This document shows positions 1 to 17,717 of a stretch of 64,000 nt of DNA, piece by piece (the stretch's first letter is position 1; each line of letters starts with the position of its first letter). Position numbers and translations under genes: made by a program. The notes under the pieces are model-generated. The model saw nothing but the letters and a program-made list of their open reading frames with translations. It was not told the DNA's origin and ran no database searches. The stretch lies in assembly GCF_009914755.1 (NCBI RefSeq), contig NC_060936.1; one strand, 5' to 3'. Origin of the DNA: the human T2T-CHM13v2.0 reference genome, Homo sapiens.

Positions 1-192
1 CTTCCACCACGTGAGGACACAGTGAGAAGGCACCGTCTAGGATCCAGGAAGTAGGCTCTTACCAGACACTGAATCTGTTGGCATCTTGATCTTGGACATC
101 CAGCCTCCAGAACTGGGAGAAATAAATTTCTGTTGTGTATAAGCCACCTCGTCTGTGGTATTTTGTTATAGCAGCCTGAATGGATTAAAACA
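1..192 (+). mobile_element. MaLR LTR 3' part (MLT1A/B-like)
   Basis: Typical MLT1 3' motifs: gcatcttgatcttggac..ccagcctccagaact, AATAAA, ggtattttgttatagcagc; ends in ...aca. Confidence 0.8.
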
Positions 193-769
193 CCCAGAGT
201 CTAGCACATTGCCTGTTTGGCCTGGAAGGTACTTACTTACTGAATGAGTGAGTATGGTGAACATTACTGGTGCTCATCAATACCCAGCTCTCCTCTCCTT
301 CTTTGGGTGGGGGCACATGACTAATGACTAGCTTTGGCCAATGAAAGTGAGCACAAGTGAGGTGTGTTACTTCCAGGCTGAGTCAGTGGAAGCCTCCATG
401 TGACACTTCAGCCTCTGTCCTTCCCTGCCATGATAAATGTAGAGGCCTTCTCTCGAGATGGACTGAAGCAGCCTGGATTGTGTGTCACTGCATGGAGAAC
501 AGGCACCCTGGATTGTTACCCGCACCTACCTGCTTATATAACCAAGAAACAAACTTAGGAAATTTGGGGAATGCTTGTCACTGTAGCATAGCCTATCTGA
601 ATCTATCCAATGCAATGAGTTAATGGAACTGCCCAATCTTTAAGGTCCAAATCAAAACTATGTTATAGGTAGAAGAATCAGCCACACAACATACCTAACT
701 AGTGGTCTTTGGCATGCCCAGGTGGGCGGGTAGTTCCCTCTGCTTCCATGTTTTGCCCAGTATCTAATA

Positions 770-1240
<471 letters not shown>

Positions 1241-1414
1241 TCATCACCACCATCATCACCACTCCCATCACCACTCCCATCACCACCACCACCATCACCA
1301 TCAACATCACCGTCACCACCCCCATCACCACCACCATCACCACCACCATCACCACCACCATCATCACCACCAACATCACCATCACCACCACCATCATCAC
1401 CATCATCATCACCA
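1241..1414. repeat. (CAC/CAT)n trinucleotide-type simple repeat
   Basis: ~175 bp of mixed CAC/CAT triplets at the MIR tail; explains the four low-complexity ORFs at 1192-1560. Confidence 0.95.
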
Positions 1415-1576
1415 TTGTTATCAGGAGGAGGAGCAGGAGAAGGAAGAAATGTTACTTGCACTTCCAGTGTGCAAAGGAGAGAATAAATTTGATCAAATTC
1501 AGTAAAGATAAATGCTAGTAATAGCAATCTCACCTTGTCAACTTTAACAAATGAAGCCAATAGAAATTAATTTTAA

Positions 1577-1868
1577 GGCTAGGCTTGGGGGTTCACGCCC
1601 ATAATCCCAGCACTTTGGGAGGCCAAGGTGGAAGGATTGCTTCATCCCAAAAGTTTGAGGCCAACCTGGGCAACATAACAAGACCCTGTCTCTACAAAAA
1701 AAAAAAAAAAAAGTCAGGTGTGGTGGCCTGTGCCTGTAGTCTCAGCTACTTGGGAGGCTGAGGTGGGAGGATAACTTCCCAGGAGGTCAAGGCTGCAGCG
1801 AGCTGTTATCGTGCCACTGCACTCCAAAGCAAGATCTTGTCTCAAAAACAGAAAGAAAGAAAAGAAAA
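1577..1868 (+). mobile_element. AluJ
   Basis: aggattgctt..ggcaacata..gaccctgtctc, long A linker; imperfect TSD agaaatt(a/c)attt. Confidence 0.9.
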
Positions 1869-4443
1869 GAAATTCATTTAAAAAGTCTTACACATTGTCA
1901 TGTTTGTTTCTTCCTCTGAGACCATCAAAGTTTCTCGTCCTCCTCCTCCTCCTCTAACTCCTTAATAGACTTATGACTAATTAGAAATCTTTCTTGGAAA
2001 AGTAAGAGAAGCTGGGAAGTGAGGAAGATAGCCTATAATGAGACTTTATAAATAAATTTCTACATAATCAATATAGTTCAATGATTTCCCAGAGACACTG
2101 GCTTCTCTGCCATGCTATCAGTCATAGTTTCAGCCAGTGAAAGCAAGGAGTGTGTTAGAAGCCCAGGTGGCAACTTTAGGACTCTCAGCTGCTTTGATGT
2201 AGTTGCTCACTGAAGCTGGACTGTCCATTTAAGAAATCATTCATTCATTCGCCACATATTTGTTGAGCACTGCTGAGGGCCAGGCACTGTTCTGGGCAGC
2301 TCTGGGGTGGGACTGGCGGGTATTAGGACACTCCCCACCCCCTTCTGATGATTGGTTCAGGAACAGACATGTGACCCATGCAGCTGAGGAACTGTTTGCT
2401 GGAGGTCCTGAGAAAGTTCCTTTCTTTTCCACAGGGCAAGAAAGAAAATGAAAATTATTTATGCAGTAGGTGTATAAAAGTGCCATATGCAAAAAATTTT
2501 CATCACAGCACGGCCTGCAACAGTGAATCACTGGAAGAAATCATAGAGTTTCGTTAAGCAAGCTGTGGTATCTCAATAAAAAGCAATGCCATGCTGTTAT
2601 TTAAAATAACGCAATGACTATAAAACATGAAGAAATGTTTACATAAAGATACTAAGAGAAAAAATTATACACAAAACTATATAGATATGCTGTGAGGAAT
2701 TAAAATGAGAAAGTCATAATTAACAAATGGAAGTAAGGTCTTTGTAAGACTGCTGGGATTATGAGTATTTAAAAACATCCTTTGAATTATTTTACAGTAG
2801 TCTCTATATTTTATTTCTTCTAAAGAACCCTCACAGTAATTTCTAAACAGGTGAATCAGTTGGTTGCCATTTCCTAGGGCCTCCTCAGTGAGCACATTAC
2901 TCCGATTTTCCTGGAAGTCACTCTACAGTCGTGAGGGTTCCAGCCTTCTGATGAAGCCAACGCTGAGTGTGGCAGAGAGGAGGGACGGAAAGGGACAAGC
3001 TCCCTCAGGATCTCAGCGAGCTGCTTGACCACGCTGCTGGACTCTTCCTGGGTAGCTGGCAAACTGCCAAATTATTTCATCTGGCTGGGGTTGGACTTGT
3101 GATTGAGGCAGACAGCATTGTAACCTAAACCCTCCCCATAGCTGCGTTCACTTCTTTCATCACATGTTAACACCCCTACAAAATCAATGTATTACCTTGC
3201 AAAAGTTGTTGAAAAAGAGCCACTTTTGGAGAAGGTGTTCTGTGGAAGCAACCATTCCTTATGCTCTTTGTCACTAAGCTCTCCAGGGCACTGTACTGCT
3301 GCCAGATTTGAGAACCACTGCTCAGGTGCAACTCTATTTCAGAGTGTGCCCAGGAATCACAGGCAAGGCAGCCCAGCGCAGATAAAGAGAAGTTGATTGA
3401 AGGGAATCAACATCATGTGTGTTTCTTATTCCTACAGATGCATAATCAAATATATAAGTAAAAATTGACATTTCCTTTGAGAACTACTTGGACAGTGACC
3501 TGAACATCTCCAGAAAAACCTTGGTGGAATTGCATGAACCTGATTTGGGTCAAAATTAAGCACCACGCTGAAAATCATGCCTTTGTGAAATGACAAATTG
3601 AAAGTGTTCAGAAATTGCATTTGAACTAGTTGAGATCCTGATACAGGTTAGTGGTTCTTTACCTTACCATTTGATGAAGGGGTGACATTGATGATTCAAG
3701 CATTTTAGCAAGCTTTATTTGCTCTATCTGTAATGAAAATGTAATAATAGTAACATTTCATTGGTTCTAAGCTGCAATTCTACGGCCCCCCACCCCCTAA
3801 CCCACATACATTTTTAGCAGCTGTGTAATTAGGATGGGTCTTAAGATCAGTGTCTTACAGTCATTGACACAAGGTCATAACATGGTTGTCATTGCCGACA
3901 CCTTCTGGTGAGATCCAGAAAGACCCGGGAACAAAATTTGCAGAATGAGTGAGTGTCAGCAGCCTGGGAGAAACCTCTGAGACCTCACCATAGCATCTTT
4001 GTAAGAACTGCTTCCTCATCAACGCTCTTGATGGCAAAGGGTGACTTTGTATTGAAAGATACACACAATGACAAGATTGAGCTGAAAATCACAAACAAGA
4101 TTTAGACTCTCTGAAAAAGTTTGGGAATAACTTAACCAACCTTTTTCACTTGTTTTCCTATTTTGAGTGCCCAAGGGTGACACATGAGATGTCTAAATAA
4201 GTCTAAAAAATTACTTTCAATAAGTCTTTTTTAAAAATTGTTATACTTTAAGTTTTAGGGTACATGTGCACAATGTGCAGGTTTGTTACATATGTATGCA
4301 TGTGCCATGTTGGTGTGCTGCACCCATTAACTTGTCATTTACATTAGGTATATCTCCTAATGCTGTCCCTCCCCCCTACCCCCACCCCACAACAGGCCCC
4401 GGTGTGTGATGTTCCCCCTCCCGTGTCCATGTGTTCTCATTGT

Positions 4444-8266
<3,823 letters not shown>

Positions 8267-8329
8267 TATGATGTTAGCTGGTTATTTTGCTCGTTAATTG
8301 ATGCAGTTTCTTCCTAGCCTCTCTGGTCT

Positions 8330-9341
8330 TTACAATTTGGCATGTTTTTGCAGTGGCTGGTACCAGTTGTTCCTTTCCATGTTTAGTGCTTCCTTCAGGA
8401 GCTCTTTTAGGGCAGGCCTGGTGGTGACAAAATCTCTCAGCATTTGCTTGTCTGTAAAGGATTTTATTTCTCCTTCACTTATGAAGCTTAGTTTGGCTGG
8501 ATATGAAATTCTGGGTTGAAAACTCTTTTCTTTAAGAATGTTGAATATTGGCCTCCACTCTCTTCTGGCTTGTAGAGTTTCTGCCAGGAGATCAGCTGTT
8601 AGCCTGATGGGCTTCCCTTTGTGGGTAACCTGACCTTTCTCTCTGGCTTCCCTTAACATTTTTTCCTTCATTTCAACTTTGGTGAATCTGACAATTATGT
8701 GTCTTGGAGTTGCTCTTCTCGAGGAGTATCTTTGTGGCATTCTCTGTATTTCCTGAATTTGAATGTTGGCCTGCCTTGCTAGATTGGGGAAGTTCTCCTG
8801 GATAATATCCTGCAGACTGTTTTCCAACTTGGTTCCATTCTCCCCGTCACTTTCAGGTACACCAATCAGATGTAGATTTGGTCTTTTCACATAGTCCCAT
8901 ATTTCTTGGAGGCTTTGTTCATTTCTTTTTATTCGTTTTCCTCTAAACTTCTCTTCTTGCTTCATTTCATTCGATTTTCCATCACTGATACCCTTTCTTC
9001 CAGTTGATCGAATCAGCTACTGAGGCTTGTGCATTCATCACATAGTTCTCGTGCCATGGTTTTCAGCTCCTTCAGGTCCTTTAAGGACTTCTCTGCATTG
9101 GTTATTCTAGTTAGCCATTTGTCTAATTTTTTTTTCAAGGTTTTTAACTTCTTTGCCGTGGGTTTGAACTTCCTCCTTTAGCTCAGAGTAGTTTGATCGT
9201 CTGAAGCCTTCTTCTCTCAACTCGCCAAAGTCATTCTCCGTCCAGCTTTGTTCTGTTGCTGGTGAGGAGCTGTGTTCCTTTGGAAGAGGAGAGGTGCTCT
9301 GATTTTTAGTTTCCAGTTTTTCTGCTCTGTTTTTTCCCCAT
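8330..9341 (-). pseudogene. L1 ORF1 (RNA-binding chaperone), frameshifted in its 5' part
   Basis: ATGGGGAAAAAACAGAGCAGA start at 9341; open C-terminal 211 aa (NEQSLQEIWDYVKRPNL..ARREW..YPAKLSF..QKHAKL). Confidence 0.95.
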
Positions 9342-10368
9342 CTTTGGGGTTTAATCTACCTTTGGTCTTTGATGATGGTGACATACAGATGGGGTTTTGG
9401 TGTGGATGTCCTTTCTGTTTGTTAGTTTTCCTTCTAACAGTCAGGACTCTCAGCTGCAGGTCTGTTGGAGTTTGCTGGAGGTCCACTCCAGACCTTGTTT
9501 GCCTGGATATCAGCAGCAGAGGCTGCAGAACAGCGGATATTGGTGAACAGCAAATGCTGCTGCCTGATCGTTCCTCTGGAAGTTTTGTCTCAGAGGAGTA
9601 CCCAGCCGTGTGAGGTGTCAGTCTGCCCCTACTCGGGGGTGCCTCCCAGTTAGGCTACTCGGGGGTCAGGGACCCACTTGAGGAGGCAGTCCGTCCTTTC
9701 TCAGATCTCCAGCTGCGTCCTGGGAGAGCCACTACTGTCTTCCAAGCTGTCAGACAGGGACATTTAAGTCTGCAGAGGTTTCTGCTGCCTTTTGTTTGGC
9801 TATGCCCTGCCCCCAGAGGTGGAGTCTGCAGAGGCAGGCAGGCCTCCTTGAGCTGCGGTGGGCTCCACCCAGTTCGAGCTTCCCAGCTGCTTTGTTTACC
9901 TACTCAAGCCTCGGCAATAGCGAGCGCCCCTGCCCCAGCCTCGCTGCCGCCTTGCAGTTTGATCTCAGACTGCTGTGCTAGCAGGGAGCAAGGCTCCGTG
10001 GGTGCAGGACCCTCCGAGCCAGGCACGGGATATAATCTCCTGGTGTGCCATTTGTTAAGACCATTGGAAAAGTGCAGTATTAGGGTGGGAGTGACCCAGT
10101 TTTCCAGGTGCCATCTGTCACCCCTTTCTTTGACTAGGAAAGGGAATTCCCTGACTCCTTGCACTTCCCAGGTGAGGGGATGCCTCACCCTGCTTTGTCT
10201 CATGCTGGGTGCCCTGCACCCACTGTCCTGCACCCACTTTCCGACACTCCCCAGTGAGATGAACCGGTACCTCAGTTGGAAATGCAGAAATCACCCGTCT
10301 TCTGTGTCGCTCACGCTGGGAGCTGTAGACTGGAGCTGTTCCTATTCAGCCATCTTGGCTCCACCCCC
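9342..10368 (-). promoter_or_regulatory. L1 5'UTR internal promoter with YY1 site
   Basis: CAAGATGGC YY1 core (reverse complement at 10349-10357); UTR is ~1027 bp; many CpGs decayed. Confidence 0.8.
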
Positions 10369-10375
10369 TCAATAA
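9917..10375 (+). pseudogene. L1 antisense ORF0 homologue with start codon ATG>ATA
   Basis: Frame reads IASAPAPASLPPCSLISDCCAS..GPSEPG.GY..IRVGVTQFSRC, matching primate L1 ORF0. Confidence 0.8.
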
Positions 10376-10544
10376 GTCTTAAAAATTTTAAGAGATCTAA
10401 GAAAGTATTATGTCATAATTTAATTAGTAGCGTCTTCTGTTTGCTTCCTCAGTGATATATAAAATAATGGTGCATGTTATAATTAACAACATATTGCATA
10501 CAATGAAATACAGTAACAGTTCACACATATAGAACTTCTGATCT

Positions 10545-10695
10545 GCCATGGGTCAGTGCTCCATTCATGTTAACTCATTCAAGAGCCATTTTATAGATAA
10601 GGAAACTGAGGCACTTAGAAGATACAACCACACAGCCAGAGATTGGTAGAGCTAGATGGGATTCCAACCCAGGCAGTCAGCCCCAGGGTCTGTAT
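10545..10695 (-). mobile_element. MIR
   Basis: ccattttatagataaggaaactgaggcac..gggattccaacccaggcagt. Confidence 0.75.
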
Positions 10696-11623
10696 GATAG
10701 CATCTCACTGAGAGAGGTGCTACTTTGCAATGTGTCAGATAATAACTGGTGAATTGTTGACCAGATTTGTATTTTAACAAGCATAACACTGATTAAGAAA
10801 AAAAAAAGTGCAAATATGTTGTGAAAACGAGGCCAATTGTGTGATTGGTAAAAAAGCAGCAGAAGAAACTTGCATCAACGCTATTTATCACCCCGAACAT
10901 TCCAGAAGGTGCTGCTTCCTTTACGTATGGCCTCTCACACCAGAGTGTTTCTCATTGTGTTCCATGGAGTGTTGAAAAGAGTAGAAATAAAAGTAGTTTG
11001 GGTACTTATCTCTTCTCATAACTTATATTGAAATGGGGAGTGACTTTGATGACTTCTACACAGATGTTTGCAGCCTTTGTCAAGGGAAGAAGCAATCTCA
11101 GTTGTCGAGGACTGAATTCAGGCCTGAGTTATTTTTGTTTGCCAAGTTTTAAGTAGACATTAGGACAAAGGGTAAACCTGTGAATTTAGTGTTTGACCTA
11201 ATAGGAAAGCCTAGCCCTCAATACTGTATTTAGCAGATTTTTTAAAAAGGCTGAATTAGTTCAAATTTTATTTTATTTTATTGCTTTTATTGTATTTTAC
11301 AAGATTGATAGGATGACAATGAAATTTGAGATATCAATGGCTATAATTGATTATGGAGACTGAGTCTTTGGAGGCTTAATTCATTTTCAGGTGACAAAAG
11401 TTACAGCCTTGGTGATAAAATAGAACACAAAAAAAATCAGTCATCTTTGTTCATGGAAATAACTTTCATCTTAGTTCATGGAAATATCTTTTGAAAACTG
11501 TTTTCTAAGGAGGGGAAGAGAGAGAGAGAAAAAAAAAGAGAGAAAGAGCAACTGGGATCAGAGACTGCTAAATTCCACCATCTGATACCAGCTTCTTGCT
11601 GTCTAAGAAGATGTTTATGGAAT

Positions 11624-11990
11624 TAATATGGTTTGGCTGTATCCCCACCCAAATCCATCTTATCTTGAATTGTAGCTCCCATAATCTCTATATGTTGTGG
11701 GAGGGACCCAGTGGGAGGTAATTGAATCATGGCGGCAGGTCTTTCCCATGCTATTCTCGTGATAGTGAATACATATCACATGATCTGATGGTTTTATAAA
11801 GGGGAATTCCCCTGCACACTCTCTCTTGCCTGCCACCATATAAAACGTGCCTTTACTCCTCCTTCACCTTACACCATGATTGTGAGGCCTCCCTAGGAAC
11901 GTGGAACTGAGTCCATTAAACCTCTTTTTCTTTATAAATAAGCCAGTCTTGGATATGTCTTTATTAGCAGTGTGAGAATGGTCTAATACA
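11624..11990 (+). mobile_element. THE1 (C/D-like) solo LTR
   Basis: t.atatggtttggctgt.tccccacccaaat..ctaataca termini; ccattaaacctctttt. Confidence 0.9.
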
Positions 11991-13344
11991 GAATGTCCAT
12001 GGATAGGAGCCTCAAAGAGGTGCATGGTACTTCCTCCCTGACAGTACTTTCTCCCCTGAGACTTCCTTGCTGTCTGCCATCTGCCTTCTGCACCCAAATG
12101 TTTATGAGCATCTGAATTTTCCAGCTATCATGAAAAGAAATTGCCCTGAATCTGCTTGCAGTATGCACTCACTTCAATTCAGTACAAATTTTCCAGAATT
12201 TCTTGGTACTTTAGCATTGCATTCATTGACTGAAAAAAAAGGTAGAATTTTTTGAAAAAATGTGTAAGTAATTTAAAGCATTATTGCTGCATTAAATTCA
12301 ATGCAGCTACATTACTGGGGAATATATGAAATCCAGGTGAATCTTAAAGTGAAAACTAAGATGAGCAGATACATTTCTAACTTCCTGGTCAGCTTCAGTC
12401 TAGACCTCCAAGCCCCCAGGGTTCAGTGATCATTTTTGCTGCCCCAAACGATACTGGTGTGGAAAAGTTTGAGGCGCTCTAGGTTACAAAGAGTCCCTTG
12501 AGCCTCTTGGCCATTGGTCATTAAGCAGAAAAATACACCCGGTTCCTTCTGTCCTTGGCTGCCTCCCATTGCTGTTTACCCATGACCATGGTCTGCCCAT
12601 TGGCAGGCAGGGTCTTTTGGAGTTAAGGGCTTCCTTGGCAGAGTGTCCCCTGTAGTTTTAGACCAGGAGGTCCATGGAGTGTGGTTTTCAAGGCTAAGTC
12701 AGAGACCACCCCAGAATTTTGAGGCTGAAATGGAGCCTGTTCCTTTGGCCAATCTCACCTGGTTTTGGTATAGGAGGGGTTAGGAATGGGTAGTAGGTGG
12801 CTAGAGCTGTGATGGTCTCCATTTAGGAGCCTAGTGAAACCAACAGAGTCTATACTTATGTGTGTATAGATGATGGAATCTTTGACATTCTTTGAATAAG
12901 GTGTTCCCTTAGGTTTTTTTTTAAAAAAGAGAACATATTTCCATGTATTTTAACATTTATTCATTCCACAATATTTGTTTTGTGTGTGCTGCACTAGGCC
13001 TGGGGAATACAGCAGCAAACAAAACAGGTAAAAACCACTGCCCTCACAGAGCTTACATGCTAAGGTGGAGAGAGAGCAAATTTAAAAGACGATTAAATAT
13101 CTGGAATGTCTGATGGTGATTGCTGCTATAAAGAAAAATGAGGGAAGAGGAGTGGGAATATGTGTGTCTGTGGGTGAGTTGCAATTTTAAGTAAGATGGT
13201 TAAATGCCACTGAACAGGTGACATTTGAGCAAACCATCAGCAAACTGATGCTGAGTCAATTGCTTTGAAGTTGCAGCCTGCTGGACTGCCTGAAGTATTG
13301 GATAGAGGATATGAGAGAAGGTGAGAAATTGAGGATGACTCCAA

Positions 13345-14216
<872 letters not shown>

Positions 14217-14312
14217 CAAGGTTTTTGGCAACTGGAAGAATAAAATTAGTATTTATGATATCACAAGATGAGTGTAGGTAGAGGGTTTCTTTACAGGGAG
14301 ATTTCAGGGTTT

Positions 14313-14792
14313 CTTTTTTTTTTTGGTGATGGAGTCTCGCCCTGTTGCCCAGGCTGGAGTGAATTGGCTCAATCTCGGCTCACTGCAACCTCCACTTCCT
14401 GGGTTCAGGTGATTCTCCCACCTTAGCCTCCTGAGTAGCTGAGATTACAGGCACCTGCCATCATGCCTGGCTAATTTTTATAGAGACGGGGTTTCACCAT
14501 GTTGGCCAGGCTGGTCTCGAACTCCTGACCTCAGATGATCCACCCAGGCTGGAGTGAACTGGCGCAGTCTCGGCTCACTGCAACCTCCACTTCCTGGGTT
14601 CAGGTGATTCTCCCACCTTAGCCTCCTGAGTAGCTGAGATTACAGGCACCTGCCATCATGCCTGGCTAATTTTTATAGAGACGGGGTTTCACCATGTTGG
14701 CCAGGCTGGTCTCGAACTCCTGACCTCAGATGATCCGCCTGCCTCGGCCTCCCAAAGTGTTGGGATTACAGGCGTGAGCCTCTGCACCCAGC
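14313..14792 (-). mobile_element. AluS with 195-bp internal tandem duplication
   Basis: cccaggctggagtgaa starts at both 14348 and 14543. Confidence 0.93.
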
Positions 14793-14961
14793 TGATTGCA
14801 AGTTTTGGATATGTACAATGCACATAAGTATCTATTTTTGTGATAATACTTCTCACTAATTTTTCAAATGGTAGTTAGCTACCAATATATAGAATCTAAA
14901 TACTCTCCATGAGCCACCTTAAAACAAAGTTATTTAAGGCATCTTCAAAAATCAGATTCTA

Positions 14962-15257
14962 GGCCGGGTATGATGGCTCACACCTGTAATCCCAGCACTT
15001 TAAGAGGCCGAGGCAGGTGGATGGCTTGAGCCCAGGAGTTCAAGACCAGCCTGAGCAACATACAGAAACCCCGTCTCTATTAAAAACACAAAAATTAGCT
15101 GTGCGTGGTGGTGCTTGCCTGTAGTCCTAGCTACTTGGGAGGCTAAAGTGGGAGGATCACTTGAGCCCAGGAAGTTGAGGCTGCAGCGAGCCGTGATCAC
15201 GCCACCGCACTCCAGTGTGGGTGATGGGAGTGAGACCCTGTCTAAAAAAAAAAAAAA
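14962..15257 (+). mobile_element. AluJ
   Basis: gcttgagcccaggag, ggaggatcacttgagccc; TSD aaaaatcagat. Confidence 0.93.
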
Positions 15258-15789
15258 TCAGATGTTATAATAATTTTAGTCATAATTATTTCTGGAAATG
15301 GAAAACATCAAATACAGTACCAACCCATGAATTCTGATGTCTCACTTTTAGAATTTCTCTATTCTTTGCTTTCAATTTGCACAAAAACCAGAATAAAATT
15401 TATCTTTGTATGTCTGTGACGAAAAGATTATTTGCTGGAGCAACTGGACAGGACAAACCATTTAAGAGAATGTGCTTTTTAGCATTTAAGGACTTATATG
15501 TTAATGAAGTAATTCACTGTTAAAAGTTTGCCCAACTTCCTGAGGTTTTGAATGATGATAGCTTAAATGGAGATCAAAAGTAAGATATGGAACCAAGAGA
15601 AATGAAGGAGGTGAAATCAGCAGGCTGTGGTGATTGGCTAGAAGTTGGAGTAAGGAAGAGGGTAGTGTACAGATATTGTATGGTGCTCATCGTCTCTTGG
15701 CAGGAAAGGTGCTCATCCTTTATAAAACCAAAGGATTGTTGTGGAGAACAGCTGCTAGGTCTCCACACAAAATCCAACCGTTATTAATC

Positions 15790-16170
15790 TCAGCCATTCT
15801 GATCATTCCATGGGAAGCCCCTGCCCACGACTTGTTTAGGAATGGGCATGTGACACAATCCTGGCAAAAGACTATTAAGTAGAAACTTTCCTTTCTGTGT
15901 GTGTTGCCTGGAACCAGGCAGCCATCTTGGGACTACAGTGGAGTTCCATGAAGAGATCAGGAAGAGATCAAGCCAAGGGCTGAGGGCGGTCAAGTGGGAA
16001 GACAGAGGGACTTGGGTCCTTAGATTGTGTGGTTGAACCACCACATTTGCCAATCCTGAAACCCCCACATGTGGGGACTTGTTTTTATAGGAAGTGGGAC
16101 ATTTTCTAGTGGTTTAAGTCATTTTGAGTTGGGTTTTCTGTTACTTGCAGCTAAATGCACTCTGAGACAG
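15790..16170 (+). mobile_element. Ancient MLT1 (J/K-like) LTR
   Basis: gggcatgtgacacaatcctggc, ggcagccatcttgggac, gagttgggttttctgttacttgcagc. Confidence 0.6.
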
Positions 16171-16471
16171 GGACATTCTAGAAGAAGCTCCAGTTTTCTG
16201 GCTTTATGAGTGGATCCATTTTCTATAACAGCACATTCAGAAGGAGAAGGCAACAGGCCTTGGGAAGTGGGGAGAAAGGATGACCTTGGTTCAGGACATG
16301 CTTAGCAGTGCTGGAGGGACACCAGGTGAGGACATCTGCTGAAGGTTTGAGGTGCAGATCTGGAGGTCAGGAGTGAGTTCACAGGAGATAGCACTATGGC
16401 AATCCTTGAGGGGCACAGAGAGAGGGAGGTTGAAACATAGGCTTTGGCTTGGATCCAGCCTTACTTCTTAA

Positions 16472-17140
<669 letters not shown>

Positions 17141-17224
17141 GCACTTCGCTTTTTAAAGCCTCTATTTCCTCCCTTGTAAAATGGAAATTCTTGCCTTAGT
17201 GTTTCCAAAGTAGAAATTCTTATC

Positions 17225-17570
17225 TGTGTGTGGCAGAGACCATGCTAGATCTTCAGCAAAACTTGTTTTTCTTTCCTCCAGGGCCCATGGACAAACCACA
17301 CATGCCAGTGTCCCCGCTGTTAGGGAGGGGTCATATTGATGGACTCTGACCAATAGCATGTGATGAATTCTCTTCCTACACCTGTCAGCTGGGAGCTGAG
17401 AATCCAGGGGGAAGCTTCTAAGGCTCCAGGAGGATGAGCTTTTAGATGGAAGGAACCTGAGTCCCTGAGTGACTTGGTGGAGAACCTCCACCCCCTAATC
17501 AGCTACACTGGACGTGACATGATTGAAAAATAAACATTGGGCATGTTGCTTTTATAGCAGCTAGCATTCC
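17225..17570 (+). mobile_element. Ancient MLT1 LTR
   Basis: gatggaaggaacctgagtccctgagtgac..ggag, aataaa, tatagcagctagc. Confidence 0.55.
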
Positions 17571-17717
17571 TTACCCAGGCCCATCTACCCAGCATTTCCC
17601 AGTGTCTGATACACAAGATGATTTCAGTATACCCAAACAGTTTAAAATGTTCACTTCTTACACATTTGTTTTATAGGTATGCTTTCTTGATGTATTACAT
17701 ATTTGTTTTATAGGTAT

